Origin: a virus
Lineage: Duplodnaviria; Heunggongvirae; Uroviricota; Caudoviricetes
Reading direction: 5' to 3' (one strand)
Length of the DNA: 36,227 nt
Virus record (IMG/VR): IMGVR_UViG_638341087_000024
In this document: positions 13,662 through 23,298 of the stretch, piece by piece
How the letters are laid out: each line of letters begins with the position of its first letter
How positions within the stretch are numbered: the first letter of the stretch is position 1
Translations under genes and position numbers: made by a program
Notes under the pieces: model-generated
Told to the model about the DNA's origin: nothing
Database searches by the model: none
What the model saw: only the letters and a program-made list of their open reading frames with translations

Positions 13662-15412
13662 CAGAACTCCATAACCGTGAAACGCTCGTTTTCTCCTTCG
13701 CCGCCAATCGGTTCGTTAATGACAGCGAGCATGGTTGCCCACGCAAGGTCGCCGTGGCTGATCCCCCTCGCGCGGTCCGTTTCGTAAGTGATAAAGCCGC
13801 CCGGTGTTTTCACCTTACGCACGGCGTTAAAGGCCGCGACCAGCTCGCGTTCGGCGCGATCGTATTCCCACCGCCCGGCACGCATTATTTGCAGCATTTT
13901 CAGTACCAGCGACCGTTTTGATGACAGCGTGAAGGTGTACGGAATAGCAGCAGGGAAAAACCGTTTCACTATCTGATAAACAGCCTCCCCGTTCCCGCCC
14001 GTCACATCAATGCCGATGTGTTCCACGTTGTAGCGACACGTGAACTCTTCAATGACTCTGGCCTGTTCTTCAAACTCCAGCCCCTGAACGCGTCGCGTCT
14101 CCACCGTTCGAAAACGGCCACCAGGAACAGCCGGAGGAACCACCACGGACACAGCGCCGCTGTCGCCGTTGCCACTGCTGCCGTTTGCGTCATACCCAAT
14201 CCATACCGGACGATTCCCCATCGGGTGGGGAGCAAAAGGTTTCCAGTCTTTCCAGTCGTCGTATCCGTCAACGCCACAGCCAATCAGGATATTCAGGTTA
14301 AATGCCGATTCCCCTTCGCGGACAAACTCACACATATAGAGATTGAGGAACTCGTCTTCGGTGTTTTCATCACGAATTTCATCAATATCGGTGTGTTTCC
14401 AGCCGTGATTAACCACATCTTCCAGCGTGACAATTTGCCGCCACGTCCGGTCAGGGCAGATAAGCCCGTTATGCAGCGTTTTCCAGTCCACAGAAAAACG
14501 CTGGCGTTTATGCGAGGCCTTTTTCTCGTTCCAGCGGTCGCCGTTCCAGTAGGCGTATGCCTCGTGCGTTTCGGTGGATGGCGTGGAGAAGTAGGTGCGC
14601 CGCAGTCCGCTGAGGGTTGCCATAGCGCCAGCCACCTTGCGCAGTTCAGCAAAGCGACTGACCCAGAAAAATTCATCAAAATAAAAATTGCCCGTATAGG
14701 ACTGTGCCGACGCAGCAGAAGTGCCGAGAAAATGCAGCTCTGCGCCGTTGGAGAGGATGATTTTATCGCCCCCTTTCAGCTCCACATCAACTTCAGCCGC
14801 GGCCTTCTGAATAATGCTTTTAAACTGGAACGCCTGACGACGCGACGCAGACAAAAAAATCTGGTTACGCTGGTAAGGTTGCGCCACATCGTCACGCAGC
14901 GCCATCAGCAGTGCTTCCTGTGCAAAATACCAGGTCGCCCCAATCTGTCGGGATTTCAGGATCATCCTGTTACGTATCCCGGCTTCCCTGCAAAGGGTCA
15001 GGGAGTCAAACCAGCTCCGCTGATGCCACTCCAGCCTGCTGATGATTTTTTCCCGCAGTGCGGCAATCTGTTCCGGCGTGAAATGATTTTTGAGTTTTTT
15101 CGCCCGGCCTTTCTTTCCTGCGGCCATCACATCCGGCTGGCCATCATGCAGCTTTTTAAGCTGCCGTGTCAGCAGGTCTATTTCCTTAAAGTCACCGCCT
15201 GTTTTATTCTGTTTTTCAGTAAGCTGGATGAGGCGCGCATCGATGGACTGCGTGACACGCTGCACGGGTGGCGTTTCATCCCACTGGTCACGTTTTTTCC
15301 ACGCATAAATCGTGTTCGGGTTTATTCCCATCAGACGTGATATTTCTGCGGGCGGATAACCCTGCCAGTAAAGTTGCCGCGCACGCTGGCGCACAAAAGC
15401 GTCCTGAATCAT
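13661..15412 (-). CDS. P: Terminase large subunit / ATPase (P2 gpP)
   Basis: 583 aa; N-terminus RQRARQLYWQGYPPAEISRLMGINPNTIYAWKKR matches P2 P; stop overlaps Q start. Confidence 0.9.
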   Translation of the reverse strand: MIQDAFVRQRARQLYWQGYPPAEISRLMGINPNTIYAWKKRDQWDETPPVQRVTQSIDARLIQLTEKQNKTGGDFKEIDLLTRQLKKLHDGQPDVMAAGKKGRAKKLKNHFTPEQIAALREKIISRLEWHQRSWFDSLTLCREAGIRNRMILKSRQIGATWYFAQEALLMALRDDVAQPYQRNQIFLSASRRQAFQFKSIIQKAAAEVDVELKGGDKIILSNGAELHFLGTSAASAQSYTGNFYFDEFFWVSRFAELRKVAGAMATLSGLRRTYFSTPSTETHEAYAYWNGDRWNEKKASHKRQRFSVDWKTLHNGLICPDRTWRQIVTLEDVVNHGWKHTDIDEIRDENTEDEFLNLYMCEFVREGESAFNLNILIGCGVDGYDDWKDWKPFAPHPMGNRPVWIGYDANGSSGNGDSGAVSVVVPPAVPGGRFRTVETRRVQGLEFEEQARVIEEFTCRYNVEHIGIDVTGGNGEAVYQIVKRFFPAAIPYTFTLSSKRSLVLKMLQIMRAGRWEYDRAERELVAAFNAVRKVKTPGGFITYETDRARGISHGDLAWATMLAVINEPIGGEGENERFTVMEF

Positions 15413-15566
15413 TGCTCCCCCTGAGTAATTACAGGAAGATTACCCGCGCGCGAAACTGTTCTCCTTAACCCTCTGTTCTGGCCGTTTTCTTACAACAAAA
15501 GCCCTTTGTATCAGCCTGTTACGCTTTGCCATCATGACTGAAGAACCAGTCAGAGGGGCAAAAACT

Positions 15567-16403
15567 ATGGCTAATGAAAAAAAGACATCCCGCAAAAAGT
15601 TTCGCGTGGCTGTCTCCGGATCAACTGTTGATGGCCGTGAAATCAGTCCGGTGCATCTGCGTGAAGCCGCCGAGAACTTCAACCCGGATGTTTACGCCGC
15701 CCGCGTGAACGTTGAGCACTATCTCTCGCCATGCCCGTCAAGCGAATTTTCCGCAATGGGTGATGTCACCGCACTGAGTACGGAAGATATTACGGAAGGC
15801 CCGCTGGCCGGACGTACTGCGCTGTATGCAGAAATCGAACCGACCGAGCGCATGAAGCAGCTTGTTGCGGACGGCAAGAAAATCTATTCCAGTATCGAAC
15901 TGCACCCGCAGTTCTCCGTTAACGGGCGCGCCTATCTGGTCGGGCTGGCGATGACCGACACCCCGGCAAGCCTGGGCACTGAGCGCCTGAAATTCACGGC
16001 ACAGCAACGTCAGGCGGTGATGACGTTTAACAGTATCCAGGGTGAAGCGCCGCTTATCTCCGAAGCCATCGAGTCTGAAATCATCGAAATGGCAGAACAA
16101 CGCCAGGAAGAAGGCACCCAGTGGTTTAACCGCGTAATGGGGATTATTGGCCGTGGCCGCAAAGCGGATGACGCCAGTTTTTCCCGTATTCAGGAAGCGG
16201 TGGAAGGCGTCGCAACGTCACAGGCCGACATTATCGACCGTTTTAATGTGCTGGAAACCCGCCATCAGCAGGACCGCCAGAAAATTACGTCACTGACCAC
16301 AGAGCTGGCAGCACTGAAGGAAAAACTGCGCACGCAGGACGGCGATCCGCAGAACCGCTTCACCGCAACGGGCGCAGCCTCCGACCAGCTGGCCGACTTC
16401 TGA
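15567..16403 (+). CDS. O: Capsid scaffolding protein (P2 gpO)
   Basis: Start at internal Met (MANEKKTSRKKFRVAVSGSTVDGREISP...) parallels the P2 O N-terminus; divergent from P as in P2. Confidence 0.85.
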   Translation: MANEKKTSRKKFRVAVSGSTVDGREISPVHLREAAENFNPDVYAARVNVEHYLSPCPSSEFSAMGDVTALSTEDITEGPLAGRTALYAEIEPTERMKQLVADGKKIYSSIELHPQFSVNGRAYLVGLAMTDTPASLGTERLKFTAQQRQAVMTFNSIQGEAPLISEAIESEIIEMAEQRQEEGTQWFNRVMGIIGRGRKADDASFSRIQEAVEGVATSQADIIDRFNVLETRHQQDRQKITSLTTELAALKEKLRTQDGDPQNRFTATGAASDQLADF

Positions 16404-16426
16404 TTAGACAAAGGAGCAAATTTTTT

Positions 16427-17479
16427 ATGAATCTGGTGATGTCAGATATTACCCGCAACAAGCTGGGTTGCTATATGGCGCAGCAGGCGTCGCTTAATAA
16501 TATCCCGGTATCTGCACTGGTGTCGCGATTTACCGTGGAACCCGCGGTGCAGCAGCGTTTTGAAAACGCCTCAAAGGAAAGTACCGAATTTACGAAAAGA
16601 ATTAACGTGATCGGCGTGACCGACCAGAAAGGCGAAAAAATCCTCCTGGATACCACAGGACCGATTGCGCGCACGAATACCAGTTATGACGGCACAAAAC
16701 GCCGTAACCCGAATAACGTGGTTGATCTGAAAAACCGCAAATATCAGTGTGAACAGGTGAACTACGACACGTTTATTTCGTATCCGCAGCTTGATGCCTG
16801 GTCGGCACACCCTGATTTTCAGTCCCGCATCAGCGCACAGATTGCCCGACAGGTGGCGCTTGACCGCATCATGATCGGTTTCAACGGCACGTCTCACGCG
16901 GATGAGTCCAACTTCAGCACCAATAAGCTGCTTCAGGACGTTAACGTGGGCTGGCTGGAGCACATCAGAACCGACGCCAGCGAACGCGTTATGAATGACG
17001 TGACGCTGACCTCCCGCAACATGGACAACACCGTGGCGCACGCGGGTAAGTATGCGAACGCTGATGCACTGGTACAGGACGCGCGTTCATCCCTGCTGGA
17101 TGAATGGCACAAGGAAGCTGACGACCTCGTGGTGATTATGGGGCGCAACCTGTTTAACTCGCTGCGTCTGCCCGTGCTGAACAGCATCAGCGGCCAGAAT
17201 CCCAATGCGGAATTACTCGCCGGGCAGCTCATCCTGTCATCGCGCACCATTGGCGGGCTGGGCGTGTTCCTTGCGCCGTTCTTCCCGGATGCAACGATGC
17301 TGATCACCTCGTTCAACAACCTGTCGATTTACTGGCAGAAAGGTTCAATGCGTCGCCTGATGAAAGACGAGCCGGAATACAACCGCATCGCCACCTACCA
17401 GTCCATCAATGACGCTTATGTCGTTGAAGACTATGGCAAGTGCGCGATGGTTACTGGCCTGAAGTTCGCCGACAGCTAA
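16427..17479 (+). CDS. N: Major capsid protein (P2 gpN)
   Basis: 350 aa; FTVEPAVQQ..., GFNGTSHADES..., VGWLE..., LSIYWQ... colinear with P2 N. Confidence 0.9.
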   Translation: MNLVMSDITRNKLGCYMAQQASLNNIPVSALVSRFTVEPAVQQRFENASKESTEFTKRINVIGVTDQKGEKILLDTTGPIARTNTSYDGTKRRNPNNVVDLKNRKYQCEQVNYDTFISYPQLDAWSAHPDFQSRISAQIARQVALDRIMIGFNGTSHADESNFSTNKLLQDVNVGWLEHIRTDASERVMNDVTLTSRNMDNTVAHAGKYANADALVQDARSSLLDEWHKEADDLVVIMGRNLFNSLRLPVLNSISGQNPNAELLAGQLILSSRTIGGLGVFLAPFFPDATMLITSFNNLSIYWQKGSMRRLMKDEPEYNRIATYQSINDAYVVEDYGKCAMVTGLKFADS

Positions 17480-17524
17480 TCAACTCACGGCGGGCATCAT
17501 GCCCGCCTGTAACGGAGAGAAAAA

Positions 17525-18325
17525 ATGATTACTCCTGCACAACAACACTGGCAGAACGTGATGGCACAGCGCGCAGGCCGGGCGAATGAAGGCGTGGACC
17601 ACGCCGCGCGTACCGCGCATGAAGAGGTGCTGTATCGTCTGCGTCTGGCACAGGCCCGGCTTAAGGGCGTACAGGCCAGAAGCGCGAAAGCCGCCATCAA
17701 AAAAGAGTTGTTGCCGGATTTTTCCGGCTGGATTGAGGGAACGCTGGAGGCTGACGGCGGGCAGCAGGATGAAGTGATTGCCACGCTGATGGTGTGGGCG
17801 ATTGACTGTGGCGATCTTCCGCTTGCGCTGCGTATCGGCGCGTATGTGGTCCGTCACAACCTCATCATGCCGGATAACTTTGGCCGTACTGCTGCCACGG
17901 TACTGACCGAAGAAATCTGTAATCCGGTACTGACGCAGGCCGGGACGGATGCCGACGCGGATTTGTCCGCCTTTATCGAACCACTGGACACCCTCCGGGA
18001 GATTGTCACCGACCAGGACATGCCGGACGAAGTGCGCGCCAAATTATGCAAAGCGTGCGCCTTTGTCCGCCGTGGCCTGAGTGATGCGGACAGCATGGCC
18101 CTGTCACTGAAGCTGCTGCGCGAAGCAATGCACCTGAACCCGAACGCAGGTGTGAAACGCGAGATTGCAACCCTTTCCCGCGCCCTGAAAAAAGCCGATT
18201 CCGCAGCCGCACCAGAAGACGCCAGCGCACAGCAGACGCAGGACGAAAGCAGCAAAAGTAAAAAGACAACGCGGAAGCCTGCAACACGAAAAACCACCGC
18301 GACGCAGAAGGCGAAGCGCGGTTAA
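17525..18325 (+). CDS. M: Terminase small subunit / endonuclease subunit (P2 gpM)
   Basis: 266 aa; position after N and before L; basic C-terminal tail. Confidence 0.8.
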   Translation: MITPAQQHWQNVMAQRAGRANEGVDHAARTAHEEVLYRLRLAQARLKGVQARSAKAAIKKELLPDFSGWIEGTLEADGGQQDEVIATLMVWAIDCGDLPLALRIGAYVVRHNLIMPDNFGRTAATVLTEEICNPVLTQAGTDADADLSAFIEPLDTLREIVTDQDMPDEVRAKLCKACAFVRRGLSDADSMALSLKLLREAMHLNPNAGVKREIATLSRALKKADSAAAPEDASAQQTQDESSKSKKTTRKPATRKTTATQKAKRG

Positions 18326-18426
18326 CGACTGACCCCGTCAGCGGGCGGCGTGCGCGGTGTTCCGGTTTGACTCCGTGACCGTTTACGCCGCGTACCCACC
18401 GCCCGATTTTTTCAGGAGTGAACCCC

Positions 18427-18921
18427 ATGAGTATGGTTGCCAGAACTGAACCCAGACCCGCAGAGGACGACATCACCGACACCGATGATGGCGATACCCG
18501 TATTTCAGCGGGTGCATTCTGGCCGGATATTGTGTTGCGCGAGCTGCGTCTGGCGGTACGACTGCCGGGCCGCGTGACCACCTCCCGCCTGCTGCATACC
18601 GCCACCGGGGCCGTGGCCCACGTTACCCGCGAGCTGGAAGCATGGCAGCAGGAACAGCAGGCGGCTGGCCATCAGACGCTGGCCGATGTTCCGGCATCAG
18701 TAATTAACGGAGAAAGCGTCAATCTCTGGCACTGGCGCAATGCTGTTTATACCGCCACACGCGCCCTGATTCTGGAGCGTTATCGTGATGCAGACACAAC
18801 GGACAAGGGCGAGCGCCGGGCAGACGCACTGGACGCACAGGCCGCAGACCTGTGGCGCGATGTGAGCTGGGCCATCTCTGACATTCTGGGGCGACCACGA
18901 ATGTTTGCGGAGTTGTGCTGA
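18427..18921 (+). CDS. L: Head completion/stabilisation protein (P2 gpL)
   Basis: About 164 aa from ATG 18427 (AGGAG 8 nt upstream); size and synteny with P2 L. Confidence 0.75.
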   Translation: MSMVARTEPRPAEDDITDTDDGDTRISAGAFWPDIVLRELRLAVRLPGRVTTSRLLHTATGAVAHVTRELEAWQQEQQAAGHQTLADVPASVINGESVNLWHWRNAVYTATRALILERYRDADTTDKGERRADALDAQAADLWRDVSWAISDILGRPRMFAELC

Positions 18922-19121
18922 TGAAAGTGAAGGCACTGGAAGGCGACACCGTGGATTCGCTCTGTTTCCGGTACTACGGCACGACGCAGGGCGTCACCGA
19001 AAAGGTGCTGGATGCCAACCCCGGACTCTGCCAGCAGGTATTTCTGGACGCCGGACAGGAAGTGGAGATGCCGGAGCCGGAAAAGAAGAAACGAGAAATG
19101 ATTCAGTTGTGGGGGGAGTAG
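18921..19121 (+). CDS. X: Tail protein X (P2 gpX)
   Basis: 66 aa, MKVKALEGDTVDSLCFRYYGTTQGV... closely parallels P2 X; ATG overlaps the L stop by one nucleotide. Confidence 0.8.
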   Translation: MKVKALEGDTVDSLCFRYYGTTQGVTEKVLDANPGLCQQVFLDAGQEVEMPEPEKKKREMIQLWGE

Positions 19122-19123
19122 CA

Positions 19124-19447
19124 GTGAGCACCATTCAAACAGGGATCACAGAGCAGGTTATTGCGTGGCTCTTTGACCACCTGCCAACGGTGTATGCAGT
19201 AGGCGCGGCGGTCAGCATTTCCGCGCTGATGAGTCTTTATGACGGACGAACACTGGTTCAGACCGTAACGGGATCGCTGGCGTGCGGCGTTCTTGCCATG
19301 GCCGTGGCCGGGTCGTTGCGCTTCTTCGGATTTCCTGAAGATGCCGTGACGTTTATCGGCGCATCAATCGGTTTTATGGGCGCAGAGAAAGCACGCGACA
19401 AGGTTATTGCAGCCTTTAATCGCAGGGTGAAGGAGAAGGACGAATGA
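19124..19447 (+). CDS. Holin (putative)
   Basis: About 108 aa from GTG 19124 with two or three predicted TM helices and a charged C-terminus; immediately precedes the endolysin. Start codon uncertain. Confidence 0.6.
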   Translation: MSTIQTGITEQVIAWLFDHLPTVYAVGAAVSISALMSLYDGRTLVQTVTGSLACGVLAMAVAGSLRFFGFPEDAVTFIGASIGFMGAEKARDKVIAAFNRRVKEKDE

Positions 19448-19836
19448 GCAACACATTTAAATTCAGCAGCCGGAGCGAAAAGAATTTGCAGGGTGTAAAT
19501 CCTGATCTGGTGAAAGTGACCCGACGGGCACTGGAAATCTCGGAAGTGGATTTTGGTATCACCGAAGGGTTGCGCAGCCGTTACCGCCAGAAGCAACTTG
19601 TGGCCACGGGTAAGAGCCAGACCATGAACAGCCGCCACCTTACGGGGCATGCCGTGGATGTTGTGGCTTATGTCGGCAGCCAGGTGTCATGGGAATGGCC
19701 GCTGTACGAAAAAATCGCAGCAGCATTCAGACAGGCCAGCCGGGAACTGAATATTCCGGTGGAATGGGGCGGCGACTGGAAGACCCTGAAAGACGGACCG
19801 CATTTTCAGTTACCACACGGAGCCTATCCGGCATGA
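19444..19836 (+). CDS. Endolysin, peptidase M15-like (L-alanyl-D-glutamate peptidase type)
   Basis: 130 aa; zinc-ligand-like SRHLTGHAVDV and C-terminal DGPHFQL typical of M15/VanY-type phage endolysins; replaces the P2 K-type lysozyme. Confidence 0.75.
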   Translation: MSNTFKFSSRSEKNLQGVNPDLVKVTRRALEISEVDFGITEGLRSRYRQKQLVATGKSQTMNSRHLTGHAVDVVAYVGSQVSWEWPLYEKIAAAFRQASRELNIPVEWGGDWKTLKDGPHFQLPHGAYPA

Positions 19837-20240
19837 AGCTCTGGCCCACGCTGGGCGTCGCTTTCCTTCTGATTGCCGCATGGGGAACATCCATGCGTCT
19901 GTCGTGGTCGCTGGGCCGGGAGAACGCCAGAAACGAAGCGCAGGCCAGCACCCTGAAAAGTACCGTCGACACCCTGAATATCATCAGCACCGGGGTACAG
20001 GATATGCAGCAGGTGCTGGCGCAACTCCGCGTGGAAAATCAGCAACGCAATCAGGACGGAGAAGCCAGACGTGAACAGCTACGCAACGATATTGCAAAAG
20101 ATGAATGCGCCCACGCTTTGCCTGATGCTCGTTTTACTGACAGGTTGCGCAGGCACGCAGAACGCGCCACGGCCAGCGCCGTCAGTCCGGCTTATACCGC
20201 AGACGCTGACCATACCGGTAACGCCTCCCCCCTTCCCTGA
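19833..20240 (+). CDS. i-spanin (Rz/LysB-like)
   Basis: ATG 19833 overlaps the endolysin stop; N-terminal TM (MKLWPTLGVAFLLIAAWG) followed by charged coiled-coil-like region. Confidence 0.6.
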   Translation: MKLWPTLGVAFLLIAAWGTSMRLSWSLGRENARNEAQASTLKSTVDTLNIISTGVQDMQQVLAQLRVENQQRNQDGEARREQLRNDIAKDECAHALPDARFTDRLRRHAERATASAVSPAYTADADHTGNASPLP

Positions 20241-20391
20241 CACTCCCACATGGGGAAATCTCGGTATATGGGGCGACCGCCTTCTGGATGCACTGGAAAC
20301 CTGTAACGCAGATAAATGGGCCATTGAATTACTGGAACAGCGCAGGCTGCAACGACTGAACAACGAGGACAACAACCATGCTGAAAACTGA
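20071..20391 (+). CDS. o-spanin (Rz1/LysC-like lipoprotein), overlapped architecture
   Basis: Begins inside the i-spanin gene in another frame and extends past it; lipobox LLTGC and proline-rich mature region. Start could be 20071 or 20101. Confidence 0.55.
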   Translation: MNSYATILQKMNAPTLCLMLVLLTGCAGTQNAPRPAPSVRLIPQTLTIPVTPPPFPDTPTWGNLGIWGDRLLDALETCNADKWAIELLEQRRLQRLNNEDNNHAEN

Positions 20392-20845
20392 TTCCCTGCG
20401 TGAAGCCATGACCCGTTCATGCCGATGGTGTCAGGCCAACCCGGAAAAATTCACCATTTTCGTGGAGAGCGGCAACATTGAAACGACCGGAGAAACGCCC
20501 TCGTTTGTTTACCGCTATCAGATGGTGATGTTTGTCATGGATTACGCCGGGGAGCTGGACGACCTCACGCTGCCGCTACTGGCGTGGTTATCAGAAAATC
20601 AGCCACAGTTGTTGCTCAATCCGGAGCGTAATCAGGACATCAAATTCTCCGCCGTTATCAATGACGATGACAGCGCCGATCTCCTGTTTACGCTCCCTCT
20701 GCGGGAACGCGTTCGCATCACGCGCAGCAGTCAGGGCACGCCGCAGGCAGAACACCTGCCGGAGCCAAAACCCCGCCTGCCATCTTCCGAAGGCGACTGG
20801 TCGCATGTATTCCAGGATGTGACGTGGGGTGAAAGCGATGGATAA
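20378..20845 (+). CDS. R: Tail completion protein (P2 gpR)
   Basis: 155 aa, same length and position as P2 R. Confidence 0.8.
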   Translation: MLKTDSLREAMTRSCRWCQANPEKFTIFVESGNIETTGETPSFVYRYQMVMFVMDYAGELDDLTLPLLAWLSENQPQLLLNPERNQDIKFSAVINDDDSADLLFTLPLRERVRITRSSQGTPQAEHLPEPKPRLPSSEGDWSHVFQDVTWGESDG

Positions 20846-21473
20846 GGCATTCACCCGCGTGGATGAAACCTTTGAGGCCATCCGCGACAGCCTGAATCAG
20901 CAGGCCATCAATAACATCGCCAGAAAGCTGGCACAGGATTTACGCCGCGCCCAGCAGGCGCGTATCCGGTCACAGAAAGCGCCGGACGGGACCGCGTGGA
21001 CACCACGCAGACGCCGCGTAACCCGGATACAGGAACGCATTCGCTTTATCTGGAATAACGAAGCACGCACGCTGAAAAACTGGCATCACGACACGGGGAA
21101 ATACGGGCGAACCATTACCGGGTGGGATGAGGATAAAAACAATATCCGCACGTTTTACCGGGATGACATCGACCGTTTTCTGGAAATACGCACCCGGCGC
21201 ATCAACCAGGACAGCACCAGGCGCGTCCCCATGTTCGTAAAACTGCGCACCGCCCGCTACCTGAAAGCCCGTGCAGATGCTTCCGGTGTGACGGTGGGTT
21301 ACAGCGGCGTGGCCGCACGTATTGCACGCGTTCATCAGTTCGGTGAGCGCGATCAGGTTGCGCCGGGCATTTTCACCGATTACCCGGTACGTGAGCTGCT
21401 GGGTATCAGCCAGGCAGATGAACGCCTGATTTATAACACGGTGCTGGGCCGGATTGCGGAGGTTGTACGGTGA
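20838..21473 (+). CDS. S: Tail completion / virion morphogenesis protein (P2 gpS-like)
   Basis: ATG 20838 overlapping R stop; synteny between R and V. Confidence 0.7.
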   Translation: MDKAFTRVDETFEAIRDSLNQQAINNIARKLAQDLRRAQQARIRSQKAPDGTAWTPRRRRVTRIQERIRFIWNNEARTLKNWHHDTGKYGRTITGWDEDKNNIRTFYRDDIDRFLEIRTRRINQDSTRRVPMFVKLRTARYLKARADASGVTVGYSGVAARIARVHQFGERDQVAPGIFTDYPVRELLGISQADERLIYNTVLGRIAEVVR

Positions 21474-22051
21474 GCGCAGAACTCATGCGACTGCTGAGCA
21501 ACATCATCCGCACCGGGATCATCTCTGAAGTTGATGAGGAATCCTGGTGCGTGCGCGTTCGCAGCGGCGAACTGGAAACAGGCTGGTTGCGCTGGAACAC
21601 CACGCGCGCGGGAGCCTTCAATGTGTGGCTGCCGCCATCACCAGGCGAACAGGTGGTAATTGCCTGCATTGGCGGCAACCCGGAAACCGCCATGATAATT
21701 GGCAGCCTGTGGAGTGATGCCATTCCGGCCCCCGGCAAAAGCCTGAAAGAAATCGTGGTCAGCGCGCCGGATGGCGCGGTGTTCCGCTACGACGCGGCCG
21801 CAGGCGCACTGAGCGCCAGCGGCATGAAAACAGCCACCCTGCAGGCATCCGTCAGCGTGACACTGGATACGCCCGTCGTGGAATGCACAGACCTTCTGAG
21901 AACGGCGACGCTTGACGTCACAAAAGGGGGAAAGATGAGCGGCAATATCACGCACAGCGGCGGCAATTTCACCTCAAACGGCATCACAGTGCATACGCAT
22001 AAACACGGTGGCGTTAAAGGTGGCAGCGATTCGACAGGAGGCCCGCAGTGA
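21470..22051 (+). CDS. V: Baseplate hub/spike assembly protein (P2 gpV)
   Basis: 193 aa; GTG start with GGAGG 9 nt upstream; glycine-rich C-terminus typical of gpV. Confidence 0.8.
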   Translation: MSAELMRLLSNIIRTGIISEVDEESWCVRVRSGELETGWLRWNTTRAGAFNVWLPPSPGEQVVIACIGGNPETAMIIGSLWSDAIPAPGKSLKEIVVSAPDGAVFRYDAAAGALSASGMKTATLQASVSVTLDTPVVECTDLLRTATLDVTKGGKMSGNITHSGGNFTSNGITVHTHKHGGVKGGSDSTGGPQ

Positions 22052-22398
22052 CAACCCGCTACACAGGAATGAACCCGGACGGAACGGGAAACCTGAACGA
22101 TATGGAGCACCTGAAACAGTCAGTCAGGGACATCCTGACCACCCCGCTGGCCAGCCGGGTTATGCGACGGGAATATGGCAGCCTTGTGCCTGATTTGATT
22201 GACGAACCCATGAATAACACCACGCGTCTGCAATGCATGAGTGCTGCCGTGATTGCGCTGACACGATGGGAACCCCGCATTGCCCTGGACGCCATCGACG
22301 TTGTCTGGAAGGCAGGAGGCCGCGCCGGGGTGACGCTGTCGGGCACTGTCATGCAGACCATGCAGAATGTTGAATTAACCATCACGCTGAGAGAGTAA
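22048..22398 (+). CDS. W: Baseplate wedge protein (P2 gpW, GPW/gp25 family)
   Basis: 116 aa, GTG start overlapping V stop, AGGAGG upstream. Confidence 0.8.
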   Translation: MTTRYTGMNPDGTGNLNDMEHLKQSVRDILTTPLASRVMRREYGSLVPDLIDEPMNNTTRLQCMSAAVIALTRWEPRIALDAIDVVWKAGGRAGVTLSGTVMQTMQNVELTITLRE

Positions 22399-22401
22399 AT
22401 C

Positions 22402-23298
22402 ATGCCTGCTGTTGACCTTTCCCAGTTACCGGAACCCGCCATCATCGCGGAGCCTGATTTTGAGGCAATTCTGGCTGACACAAAGGCCATGATGATTGCG
22501 TCCTATCCCGCCGAACAGCGTGAAGCCGTCTCCGCCGCGCTGGAGCTGGAATCGGAACCCCTGAACGTTATCGCTCAAACCATGTCTTTTCGTGAAATGC
22601 TGTTACGCCAGCGGGTTAACGAGGGCGCACGCGCCTGCATGTTAAGCCACGGTTCAGGGACAAACCTGGACAACCTCGCGGGCAATATGAACACAAAGCG
22701 CCTGGTTATCACTCCGGCAACGGATACCACCGACGCGGTGATGGAGAGCGACACCTCGCTGAGATTGCGGGCGCAACGGGCGTATGACGGCCTGAGTGTT
22801 GCTGGCCCGTCAGGTGCATACGAGTATTTTGCACGCAGCGCCAGCGGTCTGGTGCGTGATGCGCGGGCCATCAGCCCGTCTCCGGCCTGTGTGACGGTTT
22901 CCATCCTGTCCACTGAAGGCGACGGCACAGCAACGGAGGCGTTGCTTAATACCGTTCGCGCCGTTCTGAATGCAGAGGATACCCGCCCGGTGGCCGACCG
23001 CCTGACCGTACAGAGCGCCAGAATCGTGACATGGCGGCTGAATGCAAAACTGTACTTTTACCCCGGCCCGGAATCCGAACCTATTCTGGCCGCGGCTGAA
23101 TCGTCGTTCAGGAAGTGGCTGGCTGAGCAGGGGCTTATCGGTCAGGACGTGGCGTTGTCCGCCATTGCTGCCGCACTGCATGTGCACGGTGTGCAACGCG
23201 TGGAGATAATCGAACCCACACAGAATATGGCCATCAGCGACATACAGGCGGCGCGCTGTGAGTCATTCACCATCAGCGAAGGTGGACGCAATGAGTAA
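22402..23298 (+). CDS. J: Baseplate wedge protein (P2 gpJ)
   Basis: 298 aa; size and synteny with P2 J. Confidence 0.85.
   Translation: MPAVDLSQLPEPAIIAEPDFEAILADTKAMMIASYPAEQREAVSAALELESEPLNVIAQTMSFREMLLRQRVNEGARACMLSHGSGTNLDNLAGNMNTKRLVITPATDTTDAVMESDTSLRLRAQRAYDGLSVAGPSGAYEYFARSASGLVRDARAISPSPACVTVSILSTEGDGTATEALLNTVRAVLNAEDTRPVADRLTVQSARIVTWRLNAKLYFYPGPESEPILAAAESSFRKWLAEQGLIGQDVALSAIAAALHVHGVQRVEIIEPTQNMAISDIQAARCESFTISEGGRNE

Noticed and set aside
14018-15340. 440-aa plus-strand ORF
   Set aside because: Antisense shadow ORF inside the large terminase gene, whose identity is supported by homology-like motifs; translation is Arg/Phe-rich without recognisable domains.
18385-18412. Possible terminator between M and L (CCGCCCGATTTTTT)
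   Set aside because: T-run is present but I could not identify a convincing adjacent stem; M and L are co-transcribed in P2, so not called as a terminator.
18006-18605. 199-aa minus-strand ORF
   Set aside because: Antisense to the small terminase and head completion genes; Arg/Ser-rich shadow frame.
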